Shown one piece after another: positions 39,607 through 54,540 of a DNA stretch of 64,000 bases (positions are counted from its first letter, which is position 1; each line of letters begins with the position of its first letter). Made by a program: the position numbers and the translations under genes. The stretch is from Azolla caroliniana. Taxonomy: Eukaryota > Plantae > Polypodiophyta. The stretch lies in the NCBI GenBank assembly GCA_043228905.1, contig JBHGNT010000016.1, positions 16,988,001 through 17,052,000 on the forward strand, in the 5' to 3' direction. The notes below the pieces were generated by a model. It was not told the DNA's origin, did no database searches, and saw only the letters and a list, made by a program, of their open reading frames with translations.

Positions 39607-41079
39607 AGCTGCTGCTACAGTAACCGATTACTCTTTCAATCCTCGTATTTTTTATGGAACAATCGATCCCAACACACAAATATATATAATCCAGCGCCGC
39701 CTCTGAATTAAATTCAGGTAGTCAAAGAGTGATAAGCAAGTATTTAGTTAGTGTAGGCTTCTTGACCCCCCCCCCAATACTTGCAACGCAAGCAAACACA
39801 ATTTTGTTTGACTAAGAGGAAAAGAGAACCGCGAAACAAAGTCTGAAATTCATGCTCAAACAAAATATGTCCATCTTGGAATGTTGTTTCCGTTACCCTT
39901 TCTCATCAATTTGAGTGACTTTTTCATCATCGAAACCCATGCAATACTTTCATAGGATTTTTTGATCAAGAAGAAGAAAGTTATATCGAACTATGTTTTA
40001 CACATTCTTGTTTACGTTGTCGTGATATGGTACGCCGAGTGTGGGAAAAGCAGGTGCACAAGTGCTAAGAAGGGGCATGCAAGCGTGTGGAAGAATAAGG
40101 GGACAAAGAGGAGTGGGCGAGTGGATGAACAAGGAGGGGGAAATGTGAGTGTGGAGGATCGAACAAGTAAGAGAGGGAATAAAGTGAAAAGAAAGGAGGA
40201 GAGAAGGGGACAAACTCCACATTAAGACGTAAGAAATTGAATACATGATAAGCAAGAGTGAATGCCTTAGGGGTTAGATCCATTCACTCAATGCATCAAC
40301 ACAATTAAGGTAGTGTAAGAGCATTAATTGAATGTTTTCCCTATGAAAGGAGGAGGGCCTCAATTTGCTCTCTTGGCATTTTTGGGGTTTCTTCTTCTCT
40401 TTCCACTTCCTTGTTTGCGGGTTGCTTGTGTCGGTTCATGTCTTCTCGTGAGATCATGGTTCGTTGGGTTCAATGCATCCGTGGTGTGGTTGTGTGGTTG
40501 TGTGGTTGTGTGTTCGTGCCGTCGTCGTGTTCGAGTTCGGGTGCTCGTCAGCCCGAGTGGTCATAGCTCATCGTGTCAGTGTTGGTGGTTTGCATGTTCG
40601 AGTTCTCAGCTCATTCACAGTGTTCATGCAATCGGTGCTTGCAATTTTGATCACTCATGTTCATCGTGCTCTTATCTTTACCGTTTGTCTGGCTCGTGGG
40701 TTCATAGTGTTCATGGATCAAGTGCTTGTGTGCTCACCGTCGTGCATAGTGTGGCCATTGTCCATGTGCTCGTGAGCTTGCCGGTTGTTGCACATAGCAT
40801 TCATGTTCGGGTTCTTTTGTTCGTTGCTTGGTGCGGAAGGGCGAAGTAGGGTTTCATTTTCATCTTCACCTTCTTCTTCTTCTCTCCTACTCCTCTTTTT
40901 GGGTGGAATTGCTAAATTATGGGGTTGTAACTAACTCTCGCAATTAGTTATTTGAATTTTGTATCAAAAAGTTATGGTGAAACTCTTTGTGAATCCCAAA
41001 CAACTTGTGTGAATAGTTTCGTGTTAAACAAATAGATCGATGAAACCTATCATGTTTGTTTGTGCAAGTAAACCCCATG

Positions 41080-42180
41080 TTTCGGGGATTGGGATGAGGG
41101 TTGCGACTGAAGGGTCAATGAAACTAAGGTCGACGAGCAAAGGCTTGATGACAAAGGAAAGGTAAAACACTAATAGTTGACGAGTGGCAACAATGGACAA
41201 CCTCTTGAGTTTGACGAGTGTTGAAGAGTTTGTGAGGGTTGTCTCTAACTTCAAGCTCCCTAGTCCAAGACCCCCATGGTCCCGCCCGAATAGAACACAC
41301 GTGAAACTATGCAACATAAATTTAGTGAACCTGAGGTGAAAGAGTGGCAAGGGAGATCCGAGATGCAGAGAGAAGAACTCGCGAAAGCATTGTAGGTAGT
41401 TGTGGACCGCTTAATAAATGCATGAGAAAGCATGGCCAACCTAGAACGAGCCATAGAGCACATCGATTCGATTCAACGGAAACGAAGTCTCGAGCTACTT
41501 GGAGGCTTACAAAGCCAGAATAATGATGAGAGACATCCTGAAAGCAAGGCAACTAACCAGCTTTGCTAGACTGGTGGTGCCAAGTATCCACGTGGAGGTA
41601 CTCGAGATGCAAGAGGATAGCCGCAATTGGGAGGCGTTCGAAGGGAGGCTTCTCGAGAGGTATGTCCTCGATGACTCCTTACAAATGTCAAAGTAAAACC
41701 TAATGGATTGGGTTGAGCTTCACGTCAAGGGAAGAAACACAATCGTCCTTCTGCAAGAATTCAAGAAGCGTTACATGCAGCACTTCGCGCTTGATAGGAC
41801 AGTTCTCGACATGAGCAATGTAGTATTGTTCCTCAAGGTGGTAGATGTATGGGATAGAGAGAAAGTGGGCCTCCTTCACGAGTATGACGACGGGCTCATA
41901 ATGAATTGGGCCACGATGAAGAAGGTTTGCAACCGAATTATGGGGTTTCATTAGGTGGCCAAACACCCATGGAGTCCTTTAGTGAGGCACACAAACCTAG
42001 GGGTGGTAGAGCACCTCAAGAAACAAGGCAAACCACTACGAGGCTCGCCCCCGAGAGAAACGGTGTTGAAGCACTGTTTGGAGGATCAACAATAGACGAG
42101 CTCACGAAAATGGTGGGGACCTCTAGATAACGCAAGCTAGGAGAGATGGCAGACACCCTCTTCAAGACCTCCAACCCCTA
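41080..42180 (+). pseudogene. Degenerate gypsy gag-like relic upstream of AKR
   Basis: RFNGNEVSSYLEAYKA...; several stops; preceded by an LTR-like segment with undefined ends. Confidence 0.45.
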
Positions 42181-42753
42181 TTTATGCAAATATGCATGCT
42201 ATTTGTATGATTGTACGTGGACAAGTGCATAAGTGTGGAAGACATTGTATGAAGTCTTGTTGGAAGTATGTGCTCATGTGCACAAGAGTGAGTGTATGTA
42301 TGTCTGTATGTGATGAACACATGCACATTTATGTGCATGTGTGAAGATATGAAAGAGTGCGAGTAAGTTGTGTGTGTGAATGGCTAGAGGGGTATGTACC
42401 CCTACATATCTCATTGATGTACAACTTGATGGAAATAATAAAACTTGTTACAATAGAAGAATATGAGGACATGTAGGTTAGCGTCTGACAAACAACATAG
42501 ATAAGTGGAGATGTAGGTTTTCACTGTTGATAGATTCAAGAAACAAGAAGCATAGAACATAGTAGTTAGAGCTCAAATGGCAGACTCTGTTATTCCCCAC
42601 AAAAACTCTCTCTTACTATTACAATATCATAGTTAGGTTTATATAGTCAAGTCCTTACTTGGTAACGTATTCACACTAGAGATACAAATGGGTGTAGTTA
42701 GCCTTTTATGCCAACAAACTCCCCTGTAAAAGGACTACTATATATGGATATAC

Positions 42754-43296
42754 AGTTGAGAAAATCGACGAATGTAGTATTGCACACAAAGAGAGACAAG
42801 ACTGAAACAAAGTACAAACAAACACAAATACACTAGTCTAAGAGTTTTACGTGGAAAACCCTAAAGGGAAAAACCACAGGAGCCCACAAACTCGGAAAGA
42901 ACTTCACTATATGGTGGAGTTACAAAAAAAACTTCCCTGACATACAAGGGGTATTACAATGCTTTGATTTGGCCACAACCGAAAAACAGAGAGCCTTCAC
43001 CTAAGATGTAGACGGATGACTACAACAATAGAGACAGTTCTGGAGAATGTCTTCTCGTTCTCTAACAACTATAGCCCACAACTATTCACCTCTTGCTCTC
43101 ACTAACAACATACAAATAGAGAGTTCTAGAGAATGTCATCTCGTTCTCTAACATACAACTTCTCGTTCTCTAACAACTAGAGACCGATGACTACACCTCT
43201 CGCTCTCAAGCCGACTATCATCCGGCTCTTTAGTCGATTGGCTTCAACCAATCTGGCTAGCTCTCCATCCCATTCGGAGGTATTGGTTTCTCAACA
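42754..43296 (-). mobile_element. Solo LTR (copia-like)
   Basis: Termini AGTTGAGAAA...TTTCTCAACA; TSD TATAC; shares TTTACGTGGAAAACCCTA with the LTR at 58072. Confidence 0.8.
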
Positions 43297-43832
43297 TATA
43301 CAATTTGTTGGGGTTATCTCCCTCTGTAAACCTAGATTACAATTTGAATATAAAATTATAGTTATATAATTACAAGTGCATTAGCTTATGGCCGAATCAA
43401 CAAAGGTTAAGTCTAAATCTAGCTTTATTCAGCTAGTGTCGATATCAAGTATTGTCTGGATAGGCTTTTCGGATCGACTAGTCAAGATTGGATGGTTTCA
43501 AATTCTAGCTTCCGGTCTCTAGTTGTCCTTTGGCTCTTAAATTGCGCTCGTTCTTGTGCTTTTCACTAGATCCTCGTTCGGTTGTCACCTCCACTTGCCC
43601 CTCAATTGTCTCCTCTCTAGTCGTCTTCCTCGCACATTGTTGCATCCTTTTCCTCTCAGCTTTTCGGCTTCTTCAAGTTTGCCTTTTTGGCTCGTCCGAT
43701 CGAGCTGGTTTTGGACTTGCCTGCTACATCTATTCATTCAGGTCTTTGCTACTCAGTCACTTGTCATAGTCCCATATGCTCTCTTAGTGCTCCAAACCAT
43801 TGTTTTGGGAGTGGCTTCATCAAGCTATTGAC

Positions 43833-46800
43833 TGTTAGGAATAGTACTAAAGCAAAGATGGAATTAGTACTAAGAAGAGCAGTACTATTAGTACTAAGAG
43901 GACAGGACTGCGTAAGATTCTCGAGAGAGGAAGTGAGAAGAGGAGAGAGAGAGAAAGATGATGACAGCAGCTAATATATTATGTGAAAAGATAAGTACAA
44001 GCGGCTAAGAGGCTTAAGTGTGGCGTTGAACCAATTTGGTTCAACATAATGCCTAGTGCCTTCTTTTATAGTGTTGTCAGGAGTAATCCTGAAACTTCTC
44101 GAATGTTCTAGAGAAATCTGGAATATACATTACTTTCTTATAATAAAAAATAAATGAAAATAATAGGATAGATGGTGTGATGGTTAAGAGCTCAACCCAT
44201 ATACCATAAGGTCATGGGTTCGAGTCTTGCCATATCATGACACTATCTCCCCCTTAAAGACGACGAGTGGAACGAGTCGATGCTGATTGCGGACCGGGTT
44301 TGTCCGGATACTTTTGTTGGAAATTAGCAAGCAGATCTTGAGCATTGGCAACATGCTCGACGGGTTCCCAAGTGCGTTCGCTCGGACTATAACCAAGCCA
44401 ATCGACCAAATAATAAAGTTTGTTGCGAATAAGTTTGGAATCGAGGATGGCAGCAACTTCATACTCTGGGTCGGCGTCCAACTCCAGCAGGGGCGGCGGT
44501 GGTGTAACATGATTGGGAATGGTGTTTGCTTTATAAGGTTCAAGAAGAGAACAATGGAAAACCGGATGTATCTGAAGCTGCGGAGGGAGATCAAGGCAGA
44601 ATGTGACATCATTAACCTTACCCGTAATACGGAAAGGACCGAGTCGTCGATAATCCAACTTGTCGCACGGTCGAGTAGTCTTGATGTGACGACGTAAGAG
44701 CCATACTCGATCTCCGATGTCAAAAGAGGAGGGAAGTCGATGACGATCTGCGTAAGTCTTCTGTGTCTGTTGAGCATGACGAAGATGAGTTGAGAGATCT
44801 GTCTAGATCTTGCGTAGTCTCTCCAAATGATCCCCGGCACGAGGATTGGTAGGGGTAGCTCCGAGGTGTCGATCACCGACCAGCGAGGATGAGAACCGGT
44901 ATAAGAGTAGAATGGGGAGACTCGAGTCGAGGAGTGAACAACATTATTATACGCAAACTCCGCAAAGTGGAGAATCTCGGCCCAATCGTCCTGTTGATAA
45001 CTCAGGAAACACCGGAGATATTGCTCCAGTGTTTGGTTTGTTCGTTCCGCCTGCCCATCGGTCTGAGGATGGTAGTCGAAGGAGAGGTTGCAAGAGACCT
45101 TGAGCATCTTGAAGAGATGCTGCCAAAATTTGGAGACAAATTGCGGTCCTCGGTCACTGATGATACTGTCTAGGAGGCCATGATGCCGAAATACCTCACG
45201 CATGACTAGGGCGGCGGTTTCCTCGCTAGTGATGGCCTTAGTACACGGAACAAAATGTGCCATCTTCGTATATCAATCGACGACGGTTAAGATAAAATCG
45301 AACCCCTGCGAGACCGGCAGATCTGTGATAAAATCAAGACAAATAGACTGCTACGGCTTACTTGGAATCGGTAAGGGTTCCAACAAGCCATATGGATGGT
45401 GTCGTGGCATCTTTGCTTGGCAGCAAGCATCACAAGTCCGAACATAGTCGTCGACAAAACGGCGCATGTGGGGCCACCAAAAAGATCGTTGCACTAGCTC
45501 CAACATCTTAGTACTACCAAAATGTCCCGCCGTATGGGTGTCGTGACAATGCTGGACGATTTGAAGGCGACAGGAGCAATCGGGGACATATACGCGCTTT
45601 TTAAAGAATAACAAACCATCATAATATTCGAATTGTCGGTAGTCAATACCTGGTTGTTGAGACTGAGAACAGGATGCCCGAGAAGTATCAATGTGCGCTA
45701 GGATGTCTTGAGCAAAACTATCCGTCTTCAAGTTTGCACGTATGTCATCGGTAATCCGTGAATCCATCAGGGTGTGAAAAATCCGCATCGTGTGCAATCA
45801 TGTTGGTCCCAAGATTAGTTGCTTTTGATTATCAAATGTTGGATCACCAGGACGAGGTGCAAGATATGAACGCCGTGATAGTGCATCTGCTTTTCCTTAC
45901 TGCTTCCCCAGTCGATATGTGATTTTGAAGTCAAAACACGTGAGGAATTGCGCCCACCGAGCTTGCCGTCGATTTAGTACGCGAGCATTCTGGAAATAAG
46001 CAAGATTTTTATGATCACTAAAGACAATGACTTGATGTGGAGAGCCCTCTAAGAAATGCCACCATTGCACAAATGAATCCACGATGGCTAATAACTCCTT
46101 GTCATGTATTTCGTAGTTGATTTCCACGACATCGAATTTGCACGAATGCAAAGCCACCGGATGCAACTCTTCTTTATCTCCTTCTTGAGAAAGGATGCTA
46201 CCGAGGGCGAAATTTGAAGCATCGGCCTCCATGATGAATGGTTTGTTGGTATCCACATGAGCTAGAATCGGTGCTGATGTAAAGGCTTTCTTAAGATGCC
46301 GAAAAGCCATATCTGCTTCAATGGACCAAAGAAATGCTTGGCCCTTCTTCGTAAGTTGTGAGGGGTAAAATAATCTTCGAGTAATCCTGTATAAACTTAC
46401 GGTAGAAGTTAGCAAAACCTAGAAAACATTGTACATCTCGTACCGACCGTGGAATTTGTCACTCTAGTACAGTTTGGACTTTAGCTGGATTCATGGCGAT
46501 GCCCTTTGAGGAGATGACGTAGCCTAGAAATTCCACTTTCTTGCAGTCAAAGCTACATTTTTCTAGCTTGGCATAAAGACCATTCTCGCGGAGTCGCTTT
46601 AGTACTAATAGTACATGAGAATCGTGCTCTTGTTGGGTCTTTGAATAAATCAATAGATCATCCAGATATATGATCAAACAGATATCCAAGAGGTCTCTGA
46701 ATATATCATTTGCCATGTGTTGGAAGACTTCGGCTGCATTGGTTAAGCCGAACGGCATAACAGTATACTCGAAATGCCCATACCGCGTGCAAAAGGCGGT

Positions 46801-49223
46801 CTTCCATTCATCTCCCGGTCGGATCTGCACGAGGTTATACGCTCCTCGTAGATCGATTTTGGTAAAAAACTTGGCACCATTAACTCGCTCTAAAAGATTT
46901 GATATAAGAGGAAGTGCATACCTATTCCGGATGGTGACCTTATTCAATCCGCGGTAATCAACGACGAGACGAAGTGAGCCATCTTTCTTCTTGACAAAGA
47001 AGATGGGTGCACCAGCCGGAGATTTTGAATGACGGATGAACCCGCTTGCCAAGTTCTCCTCTATTTAGGCTCGAAGGACTTCTAACTCAGTGGGTGACAA
47101 GTTGTAAATTGGTTCCCATGGTGGCTCGGTTCCTGGTTGTAAATCGATGGGACAGTCATAGGGACGGTGATGAGGAAGGGTACCGGCTTTTACCTTGACA
47201 AATACATCGGCATAAGGATGATATTTTGCCGGAAGTTGTACTGAGGAGTACTGATATTGCAAATAGGAACATTGCCTCCTTGTGTCCTTCTTCGCGTAAT
47301 TGATGGAGTGAAATGGTTGAAACTCGGTGAGTAGATTCTTGGGGTAGTCGATATCGGAATTCTCTTGTTCTCCAATCTATGGCTAGATTATGTAATTCAA
47401 ACCAAGGTAATCCTAGGACAATGGGATGCTCTGGACTACTAATTATATTAAATGATATTACACACACAAAACTACCTAGGACAACTTGAATGGGTTCTGA
47501 TTCTTCTACAATATTCCCGGAAGCAATGGGACGACCATCAATGACTACTATAGATGCGGGACAAGGAAGTTTTCTTAGGGATATTTGAGAAGCTTGGGCA
47601 AAATTTCGATCCATAAAACAGGAATTAGCTCCGGAATCTAAGAGTGCTAGGACGGGTACTAGGGGAGTACTTTTAGTACTAACAATGACTTGGGCTAGGA
47701 ACACATTGCTAACTTGCTTGCAAGGAATGGAACCACTAATGGGCTGTGCAGATCTAGGGCTGTTGTCCAACCAAATGGCTCCTATTTTGGCTAGACTCAA
47801 TTGTTTAACTCTTCATCTAATTGACTAAGGATTTCAAATTTGTTTGAGATACTTGGGCTATTAGTACTATGAATACTATCTGACACTCTATTAGTACTAT
47901 TAATACTATCAGACACTCCGAAGGGAAGAATTGACTCGGGTTTAGTACAGGTGACGATTTGATTTAGCTGTCTTCTTGGCCTATGGGGACAATTGATGGC
48001 GATATGCCCTGGTCCACCGCAATAAAGACATAATCGATTGGCACGTCGTCGTTGCTTTTCTTCTTCCGATAACGGGCCGCGTCGACGCATGGTGTCGATC
48101 TCCATCGGTGTCGGAATATTGGCTTGAGGTACATCACGTGCAAACGGTTTAGCCGTGACTGAGGCGTATGTGGGTTCCGGCCGAGAGCGTGGTATTTGTA
48201 ACTGACCTTCCGAACGCCGTTCGAAAAGGCGGTTGTCGCATCGGACCGCTCGACTGATTGCCTCCGTAAGAGACTTTGGTTCTTCGGGGAAGGTTAAAAG
48301 CAAATTTTTGACATCATTGCGCAAGCCGTAATGAAACTGCTCCATGAGGGCCTGATCATCCCAGGGGATATCTGAGGTGAGTAGACGGAAATCTGCCGCG
48401 TAGGCAGAGGCTGGACGATCACCTTGACGCAATCTTAAGATCTTGTTGATCGTCGTCCTGATGTTGTTGGTATCTCCAAAGCAGGCTTTAAACTCACCAA
48501 TAAAATCTTCAAAGTTATTAAGCAAGGGCGATTGTTTTTCTAGAAACAGAGCGAACCATGCCAAGGCTTGGCTGCTAAGTAACGTGCCTATTAGGCCGAC
48601 TCGAGATGCATCAGTGGGATATCAGGAAGGATGCATCTGGATGACTAAGCGTACCTGATTAAGGAATCCCCGGACTTGCGATAGCATTCCGTCAAATTTC
48701 ACAGGAAGTCTAATCTTGGGCTCTTTATGAAATCCTTGGGGACTTGATCCTTGTTGTTGCAACGCTGCTTCGAGTTCTTGTACTCGTAACACTAACTCCC
48801 CATGTTGTTGCGTTTGTTGTTTTTCGAGAGCGATTTGTTGCAGATCCCCTATCAACCGTTGGTTTTCTTGTTCCAGGGCAACAAACTTTTCTTTTAGGCA
48901 CTGTAACTCGGAGAAAACGGATTGATATTCTTGGGCGCTAACAGTAGCCATAGTATAGGGAAAAGGGTAGGAGGATGAGGGAGAACGACAAGTAGGCTAG
49001 AGGAAAGGAAAATTGGTTCAAACTTTCAGGAATAGTACTAAAGCAGAGATGGAATTAGTACTAAGAAGAGCAGTACTATTAGTACTAAGAGGACGGGACT
49101 GCATAAGATTCCCGAGAGAGGAAGTGAGAAAAGGAGAGAGAAAGATAGCGAGGATGAGAGAGAGAGAGAAAGATGATGATAGCAGCTAATATATTATGTG
49201 AAAAGATAAGTACAAGCGACTAA
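43833..49223 (-). mobile_element. Ty3/gypsy chromovirus (Tcn1-like), degenerate, 5' LTR truncated
   Basis: 3' LTR 43833-44242 with PPT; gag 48951-47797; pol motifs to the chromodomain at 44254; U5 remnant 49025-49223. Confidence 0.92.
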
Positions 49224-49256
49224 CCTTTCCCATCCGGAGGGACCTGTCTCCCAACA
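49224..49256 (-). mobile_element. Remnant LTR start of the 58072 family
   Basis: Reverse complement TGTTGGGAGACAGGTCCCTCCGGATGGGA matches TGTTGGGAAGTCGGTCCCTCCGGATGGGA. Confidence 0.7.
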
Positions 49257-49289
49257 TCGACTTCGGTTGGATTGACCAATATGAAAGTC

Positions 49290-49600
49290 AATTGCAGATC
49301 TTCGATACCTTGTAAGTACCTGAAGATGTTTTTAACAGCTCATTGATTTGAAAGGTAGTTGTAGATCTTCGATAACTCGTACTAAGTACCTGAAGATGTT
49401 TTTCACAGCCTCCCAGTGCTTCTTTCCTAGGTTCGACATGTACCGACTAACCACCCCTATGACATATGCAAGGTCGAGTCGTCTCGCCACCATTGCGTAC
49501 ACGATACATCCTATGGCCGATGTGTAGGGTGTCTTTCCATTGAGCTCTATGTCCTTGTTGGTCGATAGAGAGCCTATGTCTAATAGTCTCAACTGTTGGT
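49290..49600 (-). pseudogene. Ty1/copia RT C-terminal fragment
   Basis: PYTSAIGCIVYAMVARRLDLAYVIGVVSRYMSN...HWEAVK. Confidence 0.8.
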
Positions 49601-50590
49601 TTTAGTATGTAGAAGATATTGGTAATGATGCGGAAGATGATTGAGCACCTGTTAGTGATTCTAGAAAACAACATAAGTGGAGGTATGCATTGTTGCGCCG
49701 AGAGAGAGAGAAAGAAGAAAGAAATATTAACGTCTTCTAAGGCCAAAATTGGCCCATGAGATAGTTATTTTACAACAAAATGGGTATTTATCCAATCCTC
49801 ATAACTAAAATAAAATAAAGTAAAAATAGAACTTAAGTTAAAAGAGTTCTAGTAGTGTACAAAATGTGGTATACTGGATAAAGGAAGTTACTTTGCACTA
49901 AGCCTAATTTCATTTCCACCCAAGCCTCTCGAAAAGAAGTGGGAGGTCAAAGGTTTTTGGAGTGGGTGTGACCCATGGTCCCAATGTAGAGAGTACCCTA
50001 GCCATGGCTTCTAGGCGGTGTAGCTCACGTTCCCTTATTTTCATTATTGCTTCTACACCATGTCGAGTTTCTTTGAAACCCGGCACCTGAGGGCGTTTGG
50101 TTCAACTTTGGTTTTCTGCTTCGTGAGATCATGATATTGATTAATGTTGGCACATGATATGTTTACATCACGACTTGATGTTATGACTATTTGTTTGACC
50201 TTATCCAATTTATTTGCCAGAAATAATCATTCAATGGCTCAGAATAACGGCCCGATGTCATCCGCTCAAGCGGAAGTGACTTTGCACTAAGGAGTGACTT
50301 GACCAAGGAGACGGTCGGAACGAAGGTGGCACAAGCACGAGATATGAAGGGCTATGCTCAAGAGGAGCACAAGAAGTCATGACAACCAGTCATCGCCATG
50401 CAAAGAGTGAACGAAGAATATGGTGGATCAGATGGCTACAATGGTTCGGGTGGAAAAAATGGATGTGCTCAAAATGGAGAGACAAAGTTGACATAACGAG
50501 AGAAACAGAGGGTACTACGGGTAAAGGAGAATTACGAGCACCGGCAATTTCGGCACATATCGGAGGATGTGTGGGTTCAGAGGGGGCGAG

Positions 50591-51465
50591 TGTCGTAGTG
50601 TATTTCGCACACTACGTGAAAAATGTATAAAATAACCGATTGAATAAATATGAAGAAAAAGAAAGAAATATCAAAATATATATTACATGCATAAGGCAAG
50701 ATTCAAACCTTGTACCTCCATGTTAATAATTTGAAGCCTTACCATTACACTAACACATCATGAGTCTTAGAAAAGCAGATATCCCACATATATAAAGGTT
50801 ACTTCACACATATTTTCTAGGAAAAAGCTTTAGTTAGAAGAAAAATACGTGATAGAAAAAAGCTACACGTGCACATCTAGCGTGCATGAGCACTATAGTT
50901 GATAAAACCGCACGAGGTTAGAAAAAGCATGATCACTTCTAGAAAAAAAAGCATGTTAGAGAAAGCATATAGTCTATACATAGAGAAAGCATGGAGTTCA
51001 TAGTTAGAGAAAAAGCATGGATTGCTTACTCTCTCATCACTATATAAGGATGGGGAGCACAATGTAATAAGGGGAGAGAAAATTATGGAGGAAAAATCAT
51101 TAGGATTCAAAAATAATGATTAATAAAATAAACTATGCTTGTGGGATTCAAAACTTTTCTATATCTTTCTCTTCCAATCTATTCTAATTTATTATTAGAG
51201 TTTTAAATATTAATAAAATAAATAAACTATACTCGTGGGATTCACGAGGTTTCTATATCTCTTTCAATCCAAATTCATATTCTTATCTTAATATTGATTA
51301 ATCTAATAAAATACATTATACTCATGGGATTCACGAGGTTTTTTATATCTCTCTCTTATAATCTATTTATATTCTTATTAGCCTTAAAAATCTCCTCCTC
51401 CTAGTCCAAAACCCTAGCGGTTCCCACCCGACTCACGCAACGGTCCGGCACCGAAAGGCACGACA
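50591..51465 (+). mobile_element. 3' LTR (TGTCG...CGACA group) preceded by a PPT
   Basis: AGAGGGGGCGAG immediately upstream; homologous to 14449-15236; right flank ACGT. Confidence 0.85.
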
Positions 51466-54030
51466 ACGTCACCAACTCTAGTCAACCACGCCATCACACC
51501 ACAATATATTTCACACATGAGCTCTCTGACATATACTCTTGACATGTTTAGGCCCATCTCTCCTCCCTTGATCCCTCCCTACCTTTAGAAAGCCTTAGGA
51601 TCTAGGCCACAAAATAAATGGTATGATGAGGATTGTAGGGACTTACATAGACAAGTTACGGTATCACAACTTAGTGGTAGTATTACCTCAGTACAAGCTC
51701 GCAAAGATATGCGCAAGATCACACGTTGTAAGAGACGAGCGTGGGAGGCATCCTAATATTGGGAACTCTACCATATGCTCATGAGTAGCGATTGCGCCAC
51801 TACATGGAAGAGACTACGGGAACCAAGACCACAAACACCCATCGAAGATCCCGAAACTTGGCACATGTATACAGAGAGACTTTACCAAATCCCAAACCAA
51901 CTACCCATTCCAATGTCTTCTACGCACCGATCTACCATGGGGACACTTTTCCCGACCTCTAAGGTCACGAAGGTCATAAAGAAACTACAACATAGGAAGT
52001 CCATGGACCACACAAGATTGCGAGCAGAGCACATGATATATGCGAGAGAGTGCCTAACTCCCTTGCCTAACTCCCTTGCCCTCACGGAGGGTTTTCCACC
52101 ACAATAGACTATGAACACAGTGGTCCCCATACATAAAAGGGGGGACTCCATGAACCCAAATACATATAGGACCATTATGATAGGTCATACCCTTGCTAAA
52201 TTATATGGTGCAATAATGGAAGCAAAACTTAGCGATTATATGGAGACCCTAAATCTTCGTGCACCTGAACAGGCTGGCTTTAGACGAGCCTTCTCCACTA
52301 TTGATCATATCTTCATGCTTAGATGCTTAATTGACTAGACTAAGGCTCACAAGAAGAAATTATATTGTTGTTTTTGTGGACTTCTGCAAAGCCTTTGACA
52401 CAATCCTTAGAGAGTGGTTGTTTGATAGGCTTAAAATCTTTAGGATACCAAATGCCATGGTTTGGGCCATCTACGCACTATATGAACAAGTGTCTGGGTG
52501 TGTCTGATGCCCAGGTGGCCTATCCAATTGTTTCACTAGCACTATTGGTGTAAAACAACGTTGCCCCCTATCATTGACCTTTTTTGGGATCTACATTGAT
52601 GAGATTGCAGATTTTATTGCTCGTAAGGGAGGCAACGGAGTAGTCCTTGGGGATACGCAGGTTTGTATCTTGCTCTATGCAAACGACACAGTTTTGCTCT
52701 CTGAATCCGAACACGACCTACAAAGGCACCTTAATGCCTTAGATGACTTTTGCGCACAACGAGGATTGGTAGTGAATCTAGGGAAAACTAAATTCCTTAT
52801 CTTCCACACATCGGCCCAAGTTAGAGCTAAATGTCACCTAACTATCTCCCATAGCCCAGTTGAGGTGGTTGGATCATATGTCTATCTCAGAGTCACTTTC
52901 AGTGCTTGTTCAGGTAAATTTTCGATGACACAGGCACCGAAGGATATACTTACGAGAGGACATGCATCCCTCTCACTCGTAGAGAGACAATGCCATCAAG
53001 CATACTTTCAAGAGCCACGGACTAAAGGGTGGCTCTTTGACTCATTAGTAACCCCCTACCTCATGTATGCATCAGTGGTTTGGGCTCTAGGACTACCATC
53101 TTTCATGTTCACACAATTAGAGAGACCATTGGTGATGATGTTATCACGCCAGCTCCGAAGCAAATCGACAGTACCACATGACATTATTATTGTTGAGTTC
53201 ACTTTACCCCCAATGTTTGTAGAGGCACTTTTCCAACTTGTAGTCTTTATTCATAATATACATAGCCAACCACATGATAAAATATCTCTTCAAGCCTTTA
53301 AGGCCTCTCGATCACTATATGAGTCCGGCTATACTAGCTCATGGTATGGCATGACGATGAGTTGGCTTCTTGCGAATGGTCTAGATATTAATAACGTACC
53401 TCCCCTTAGGTACAACCACGCGATTGATAACACTTTAATCTCTCATGAGGACCGCAATAAAGTAATATGCCAAGAAATATGGAAAATTTACACTTGGTAT
53501 AAATGGATCACACCACTAGAGCCACTCCCATCTAAAATGTTGTACTATAAGGAACACTTCATGCACTTCTCTAAAATGTTGTACTATAAGGTTTTATCAT
53601 GCGGCCAAAATATCTAGATGTATTCTTACCAAATGCACTAGGGGTTGCCATTGGACAACTTAGAATATCATCTCACCAACTTGAGATTGAGAATGGTCGT
53701 ACTAATGGAGTCCCTAGGGAGGAAAGGATATGTAGGTTATGCCACATAGAGATAGAGGATGAGTATCACTTTACATGCAAGTGTCCAACCTACGCCAAGA
53801 TAAGGGAAAAATACGAAGACATACTTGTTTCCTCTCCCACCCTCGCCAAACTATTAGATACTCTAGATATAATGAAATTAGGTAGATACATCCTAGAGCT
53901 AAAACAACACAGAGAGAATAAGTTACAAAATGTTGACAATAATGTTGCTCATGTTCACCAACATGTAACAAATGAAGTTTTTCAGGAACAGGGGGAGACA
54001 ATGAATGTCGACACACCTCTAGACGTATGA
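51466..54030 (+). mobile_element. Second RTE-like LINE, degenerate RT and C-terminal Cys/His motif
   Basis: WYDEDC, YRTIM, EQAGFRR, LLYAND, LRISSHQLEIENGR..RICRLC..EDEYHF..CP. Confidence 0.85.
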
Positions 54031-54080
54031 GATGAGGTTCAAGATTAGGTTACTATGGCAACACAAAGGCTGAAGAAGTT

Positions 54081-54200
54081 ATGGAGGGTTATCGGGGGCG
54101 TCTAAAGGTTCTCTGCTTGCACGGGTTCCGCACAAGTGGATGCATCTTGGAGCAACAACTCAAACGATGGGATGCTTCATTACATCGTCTTCTAGACATG
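54081..54200 (+). CDS. Exon 1 of an FSH1/OVCA2-family serine hydrolase
   Basis: MEGYRGRLKVLCLHGFRTSGCILEQQLKRWDASLHRLLDM followed by a GT donor at 54201. No later exon found in the window. Confidence 0.8.
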
Positions 54201-54540
54201 GTAATCTCTCTTTCTATGTGGCGTAAGGAATTTCCTTAGCAATTTCACATCCCCAACTGAACATGTGTCCACTGTCTATGCATGCATCCGAACAGATATA
54301 TTGTCTTTCCCTGATCTCTATATCGATTTTTTTCATGGCGGCTCCTCGAGGCTCAACCATGTATGTTCGTGTCATGAATGGTTTATACACAAAAAAAATG
54401 TTAACAATAAACTATGTTTCTGTGCCCACATATGTGGTTTCGACTCTTTAAGTCCTGTTACGAGGACCCCAAAGTGCACTTAGACCTAAATTCTAAACAT
54501 GTATTATAGTCATATGTATCAATAATGTTGTATGGTCTTG

